A stretch of 64,000 bases of DNA from Spirochaetia bacterium (lineage in GTDB: Bacteria > Spirochaetota > Spirochaetia > DSM-2461): positions 2,368,001 through 2,432,000 of the forward strand of contig CAXXIA010000002.1 of the NCBI GenBank assembly GCA_963666985.2, in the 5' to 3' direction. Of this stretch, positions 59,633 to 64,000 are shown one piece after another. The position numbers and the translations under genes are program-made. Under the pieces are notes generated by a model. That model was not told the DNA's origin and searched no databases. It was given only the letters and a program-made list of their open reading frames with translations. Position 1 is the stretch's first letter; every line of letters begins with the position of its first letter.

Positions 59633-60598
59633 TCAAATCAGCGGTATTTGTTTAATCGTTGTTAAAAAATAATCCAAGTCTTTCTTTAGAATCCATTCCC
59701 AGGGCGGAAAAATATACTTATCGCCTTCTTCGGCGTTCGCCGGCAAGGGCACCGAAGGATCGGAGACGACGGCGTGAGCCATGTCTTTATAGAATTCGTG
59801 GTATTCTTGCGAGGCCGCCGAGGCCTTCAGAAAGTTCATGGTGTCTTCATCATCTTGATGATCAAAGTTCCCGCTGCGTACGGCGGCGGCATAAGAGGGA
59901 AGAACAGGCATTCCTTCCTTGGGACGAACTGCAAAAATTCTGTCTTTCGGTCCCGGTCCCGAAAAAACCCCCGGAAGGATTCCGATGGGGAATTCCCCTT
60001 TGATAAGACCGTGGCGAACCGCCGACGGTGCGGATTTCTGCCGCCAGTTCCGAACGCAGGTTTCCAAACCTTCATCTCCGAACAGATACCACATGGCGAA
60101 AAGAACGGCTTGCCCCGAGGGCAGTTCGGTATTGCCGATAAAAACCTTCCCCTCCCATCGGGAATCCAACAGTTCTTCCAATGACGACGGCGCGGGTTCG
60201 GAACCCTGAACTTCGGAATTACAGACGATAAAATGGGGGAGGATCGCCAGGGGATAATAAAGATGAAAAGGATCTTCCACGCCGGCGCGCTTAATTTCTT
60301 CGCGAATCGGCAGAATCTCTCCTATGGGAAGAAGATTATCTTTCCGGCCCAATAGGTAACGGCCGGAACAGAAAAGATCGAACCGCGTACTCACCAGAAG
60401 GTGGAATCCCAGTTTCCCGGAATCAATGTCCTCTTCCAGTTTCTGATGAATTTTGACTTCTTCGGTATCTCCGAGATAAATCATTTCATAAGCGTTCCCC
60501 GTTTCCCCGTTCCAGGTTTCGGAGGCTTTTTCCATCAGTTCGCTTTCCTTGCGGTTCAGGATGCATACGTTGGCCCAGTAAATTTTCTTTTTGCTCAT
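59633..60598 (-). CDS. substrate-binding-protein-fold protein without signal peptide
   Basis: N......P.SL.ELLD..W.GKV and V.P.EG.P..P patterns of Fe3+/polyamine-type SBPs; no hydrophobic N-terminus. Confidence 0.65.
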   Translation of the reverse strand: MSKKKIYWANVCILNRKESELMEKASETWNGETGNAYEMIYLGDTEEVKIHQKLEEDIDSGKLGFHLLVSTRFDLFCSGRYLLGRKDNLLPIGEILPIREEIKRAGVEDPFHLYYPLAILPHFIVCNSEVQGSEPAPSSLEELLDSRWEGKVFIGNTELPSGQAVLFAMWYLFGDEGLETCVRNWRQKSAPSAVRHGLIKGEFPIGILPGVFSGPGPKDRIFAVRPKEGMPVLPSYAAAVRSGNFDHQDDEDTMNFLKASAASQEYHEFYKDMAHAVVSDPSVPLPANAEEGDKYIFPPWEWILKKDLDYFLTTIKQIPLI

Positions 60599-61386
60599 GC
60601 CCTTATTACCTCCATGGCCTCGAAGATTTCCGGTTCAACACGTTCCCCGGAACGCAGTTTTTCCTGAACCTCGGCGAGTGTTTTTGTATACCGGCCGAGA
60701 ATCTCTTCGGCTTTGATTTCTCCTTCGCTTCGTTCCAGAACACAGTCCATGCCCCCGTTTTTCATCACGACCCGGCGTTCGCCCAGAAGGGCCAGCTGGG
60801 GGTCGTGAGTGACAATAAGAACGATTTTTCCCCGGCCGGTCAGAAGATCCAGGGCGCATCGCCGGTCTATCCCGGCGTTTTCCACCTCGTCGATGAGAAT
60901 GATGGGCGAATTGCTGATATGGGCCACGTCCGCGATCATCAGGGCCCGCGACTGTCCGCCGGAAAGGCGGGTAAGAACGTCCGCGGGCTTTAAAGCCTCG
61001 CCCGCCAGAGAGTTGGCCGAATCCAGAACGGTTTTCAGGGACGTTTCGTCCGCCGCAAAACCCCGGCACTCGGCATGGAGCCCCAGGAACTCCATCACGG
61101 TCATTTCCAGGGCGAAATTCATATTCTGGGAAAGCTGGGCCACCAGTTTGGATTCCGGGTGGAAGCGGATTTCGGGATTCGGCGCTTTCCCATTGATAAG
61201 GATGCTTCGTCCCGTAACCGTGTCGCCTTGGGCCATTTGTTCTATATCGCCGATAAGCTGGCTTTTCCCGGAGCCTGTGAAGCCTACGATGCTGTAGATT
61301 TGCCCGCCGGAAATATCAAGTCGTTCCACCCGTTCGGGATTTCCGGATTTGTCGCGGCCCGCGAGGATGCTGACGGTACTGATCAT
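60595..61386 (-). CDS. ABC-type ATPase (no permease in its operon)
   Basis: G.DKSG, GFTGSGKS, LSQNMNF, LSGGQSRALMIAD, DE.ENAGID, THDP. Confidence 0.9.
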   Translation of the reverse strand: MISTVSILAGRDKSGNPERVERLDISGGQIYSIVGFTGSGKSQLIGDIEQMAQGDTVTGRSILINGKAPNPEIRFHPESKLVAQLSQNMNFALEMTVMEFLGLHAECRGFAADETSLKTVLDSANSLAGEALKPADVLTRLSGGQSRALMIADVAHISNSPIILIDEVENAGIDRRCALDLLTGRGKIVLIVTHDPQLALLGERRVVMKNGGMDCVLERSEGEIKAEEILGRYTKTLAEVQEKLRSGERVEPEIFEAMEVIRA

Positions 61387-62138
61387 GAGTTTTCCCCCAT
61401 TGCCCCGGCGCCGGCGGATTCGGCGGCTGTCAAAGTTTCAACAGAGGGAAACGTCATCTTGTACACCGCTCCCTGCTGGAACGAGGTTCCCACGCGCATT
61501 TCTCCCATGCAGTAAGAACAGATGGCCGTCGGCATGGGATGACGCAGGCGGGAGCCGATGAGTTCCTGCCGAAGGGCCCGCCGTTCCAGAACATTGGCAA
61601 GGTGCTCGCCTCCGGCGCCGGTGATGCCGTTGACTTCCACGATCTCCGCGTTCGGATTGATGCGGTGAATTCGGTTTCGGAACACTTCCCGTTCGGCTTG
61701 ACTGATGGAATCCCCTTTGGTTACCACAACCACATCGGAAGTGGTGAGGATGGGGCCGATTTTTTCCGGAATCTTGATACTGGAATGACTGTCGATAACG
61801 CAGATCGCCAAGGCTTTGTCTATTCCGGGGGCGCATCGGTGGCAGAGCCCTGCGGTTTCCACAACGAGCACATCGGCGCGGTTCGCTTCGGCCCAGTCCC
61901 GCATTTCTTCCAGATTGACCACGAAGTAGTGGTCCGGGCAAATATCTTCGCTCAAGCCCACCGCTACCGGTACTCCGATATCCTTGTATCGCCGGTCGTC
62001 CTCGGTGGCAAGACAGTCGATTTTTACGACTGCCGTTCTGATCTCCGCGCGCTGAAGGCAGCTTATGGCGTGGATCATAACGGACGTCTTGCCCGAGGCC
62101 GGAGGCCCGGCGACGATGACCGTTCTCGGTACGTCCAT
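61383..62138 (-). CDS. G3E (HypB/UreG/CobW-like) GTP-binding protein
   Basis: GPPASGKT, KIDC, CPDH, ETAGLCHRC, TKGD, CSYC; RBS GAGG. Confidence 0.88.
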   Translation of the reverse strand: MDVPRTVIVAGPPASGKTSVMIHAISCLQRAEIRTAVVKIDCLATEDDRRYKDIGVPVAVGLSEDICPDHYFVVNLEEMRDWAEANRADVLVVETAGLCHRCAPGIDKALAICVIDSHSSIKIPEKIGPILTTSDVVVVTKGDSISQAEREVFRNRIHRINPNAEIVEVNGITGAGGEHLANVLERRALRQELIGSRLRHPMPTAICSYCMGEMRVGTSFQQGAVYKMTFPSVETLTAAESAGAGAMGENS

Positions 62139-62211
62139 GCCTCTCTCCTCAAGTATTTCGTTTGGTATGATCCCTCCGGTCACGAAGCGATTCGCTTCCG
62201 GTCAGAACGAG

Positions 62212-62243
62212 TTTGTTATATATCTTAGGTTAACAAAAGTCAA
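62212..62243 (-). promoter_or_regulatory. sigma70 promoter of GTPase operon overlapped by palindrome TTTGTTA-N12-TAACAAA
   Basis: Minus strand TTGACT(62243-38)-17 nt-TATAAC(62220-15); palindrome at 62212-62237. Confidence 0.65.
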
Positions 62244-62349
62244 TTCTGTTGTAAGAGGATTATTTGTTCTTCCTATTGACAGAATGTTCTCGGACAATTA
62301 ATTCTAATGCCGAATAGTACCCCCTACATATTTTAGCGAGGTGGAATAT

Positions 62350-63534
62350 ATGAAGCGTTTTCTTACGATCGCTGTCGCGATTTTATTCGTATGTGTTTTT
62401 CCCGTTTTCGGAGGCGGTTCCGGTGAATCTTCCGCCGCGGACGAAGCGGCCTCCCAAAAGGCGGCCGAGGCGAACGCCGCGGATACGGCTCCCGATTCGA
62501 TTACCATCGTCGACGACCGGGGAGTGGAAGTGACCATTGAGCTTCCCGTGGAGCGGGCGGCGACATTCCCTCTGCCCCATCCTCACATTATCGCGGCCGT
62601 GGACGGCGGTTTGGATAGGGTTGTCGGCGCAAGTTCCATGTCGGTTTCGGCCGCGAAGATTTCGGTCCTGGGAACGATGTATCCGGATTTCCTGAACGTC
62701 GATACAAGTTACCTGGACGGACAGAGTCTGAATCTGGAGGAGCTTGCCCGCATCAATCCGGATGTGTTCTTTACCGACAAGGTTCTTGAAGGAATGGATC
62801 AGCTGGAAGCCACGGGAATCCCGACCGTGTACATGGGCTTGAAAAAGGAAACCGTGCCGTACGGCGGCGGAGACGCTGAGGCCTACAGCCCCAAGGCCAC
62901 CATGAAGGACTGGGTGGGCTATACAGCGGCCGTACTCGGCAAGAACGAATCCCATGCCTTGGACATCGCCGATCTTTGGGAAGAAACCGAGAACGAAATC
63001 GCCGAAGTCGTTTCCAATGTGCCCATGGAAGATCGTCCCAAAGTTTTGATCATGTTCAAAACAAAAGCCTTGATGGCCGCCGGAGACGCTACGTTCGGAC
63101 ATTACTGGATTGCCCGAACCGGAGGCATTAATGCGGCCGAAAAAGCGAAGGGCAATCATCCGGCTTTTGTGAAGATCGGCAGCTTCGAGGACATCCTGAA
63201 TTGGAATCCCGACGTGATTTATCTGAGTAATTTCGAGGACACGATGCCCTCGGACATCTATGGAAACACCATCGACGGCCAGGACTGGTCACGGATTTCC
63301 GCCGTGGAGAACGGCCGTGTGTACCGCATCCCTCTGGGAATCTACCGGTGGTATCCGCCCAGCCTCGACGGACCGCTCATGCTCAAGTGGATGGCACAGA
63401 AGAATTATCCGGAACTCTTCGATTACGACATGAAAGAAGAAGTGCGGGAGTATTTCAAAGAGTACCATCATTATGATCTAAGCGATTCCGAGATTGAAGG
63501 GATTCTGGACCCGGCTTCTTCGGGCACGCTGTAA
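62350..63534 (+). CDS. Fe-siderophore/cobalamin-type ABC substrate-binding protein
   Basis: Signal peptide; DDRG.EV....P.R, N.EEL....PDV, W....GG.N.A, WNPDVI, W..ISAV.NGRVY..P. Confidence 0.9.
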   Translation: MKRFLTIAVAILFVCVFPVFGGGSGESSAADEAASQKAAEANAADTAPDSITIVDDRGVEVTIELPVERAATFPLPHPHIIAAVDGGLDRVVGASSMSVSAAKISVLGTMYPDFLNVDTSYLDGQSLNLEELARINPDVFFTDKVLEGMDQLEATGIPTVYMGLKKETVPYGGGDAEAYSPKATMKDWVGYTAAVLGKNESHALDIADLWEETENEIAEVVSNVPMEDRPKVLIMFKTKALMAAGDATFGHYWIARTGGINAAEKAKGNHPAFVKIGSFEDILNWNPDVIYLSNFEDTMPSDIYGNTIDGQDWSRISAVENGRVYRIPLGIYRWYPPSLDGPLMLKWMAQKNYPELFDYDMKEEVREYFKEYHHYDLSDSEIEGILDPASSGTL

Positions 63535-64000
63535 ATGGAGAAATCCCGCGGGGGCTTTACGGCTTTCCTTGTTATCACAACGGCTCTGCTGACGGCCGCC
63601 TTTATCGCGGCCTTGGCCATCGGCCGTTACCAGGTGGCTCCCCGCGATGTGGTTCGGATTCTGATGAATCCCGGGGCCGAAGATCTTCCCGGGGAGCTTT
63701 CTCTGGCGCAGAGCGTCATTTTAAATATTCGCCTGCCCAGGGTGATGCTGGCCCTCTTCGGGGGTGTGGGGCTGGGCGTAAGCGGCGCCGTGTTTCAGGG
63801 TGTTTTCCGAAATCCCCTGGTGAGTCCCGGTGTTGTGGGTGTTACCAGCGGTTCGGGTTTCGGGGCCGCCTTGGCGATTCTGATTTTCGGATGGGGCCCG
63901 ATGCCCCAGCTCTTCGGTTTTCTCTTCGGTGCCGCTGCCCTGGGCACAACCTGGTATATCGCCCGCAGGAGCGGAACGAATTCCCTGCTGGTTTTCGTGC
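63535..64000 (+). CDS. FecCD/BtuC-family permease, 3'-truncated by window edge
   Basis: ATG at 63535; IRLPRV, SGAVFQGVFRNPLVSP..G..SG.GFGAAL. Confidence 0.9.
   Translation, partial: MEKSRGGFTAFLVITTALLTAAFIAALAIGRYQVAPRDVVRILMNPGAEDLPGELSLAQSVILNIRLPRVMLALFGGVGLGVSGAVFQGVFRNPLVSPGVVGVTSGSGFGAALAILIFGWGPMPQLFGFLFGAAALGTTWYIARRSGTNSLLVFV

Noticed and set aside
62139..62349. Cobalamin riboswitch ahead of the BtuF-like gene
   Set aside because: No GGGAA/GCCACTG B12-box elements, and the space is mostly occupied by divergent promoters
1..64000. CRISPR arrays, IS elements, prophage, rRNA
   Set aside because: No regularly spaced repeats or transposase, integrase, phage or rRNA signatures were recognised by eye

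Overview
Bacterial chromosomal window from a GC-rich anaerobe, most likely a free-living spirochaete (inferred from rplM-rpsI-recX synteny, spirochaete-style lipoproteins and a LysM gene pair). It opens with core genes (rplM, rpsI, recX, acyP, tRNA-Ala(CGC)), followed by accessory modules: GyrI-like protein + MFS; two MCPs; an SDR; yqeC-yqeB (Se-dependent Mo hydroxylase accessory); a sigma54-driven LamG lipoprotein; corA-DUF432-mscS; a sigma54-driven Hsp20 pair; an AT-rich decayed RHS toxin/immunity islet; a PAS-GAF two-component system ahead of a peptide-type ABC importer, an EthD-like gene and hydantoinase/oxoprolinase AB; an hfs-like sensory + catalytic [FeFe]-hydrogenase operon divergent from adhE; a TRAP/FucI/epimerase sugar locus with two paralogous GntRs; a TCS-linked TolC-MFP-RND-PII-like efflux locus; a frameshifted methyltransferase; queH; and a G3E GTPase/ABC ATPase/signal-less binding-protein trio divergent from a metal-chelate importer. 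No CRISPR array, rRNA or transposase was seen. All family assignments come from motif recognition by eye, with no database searches.
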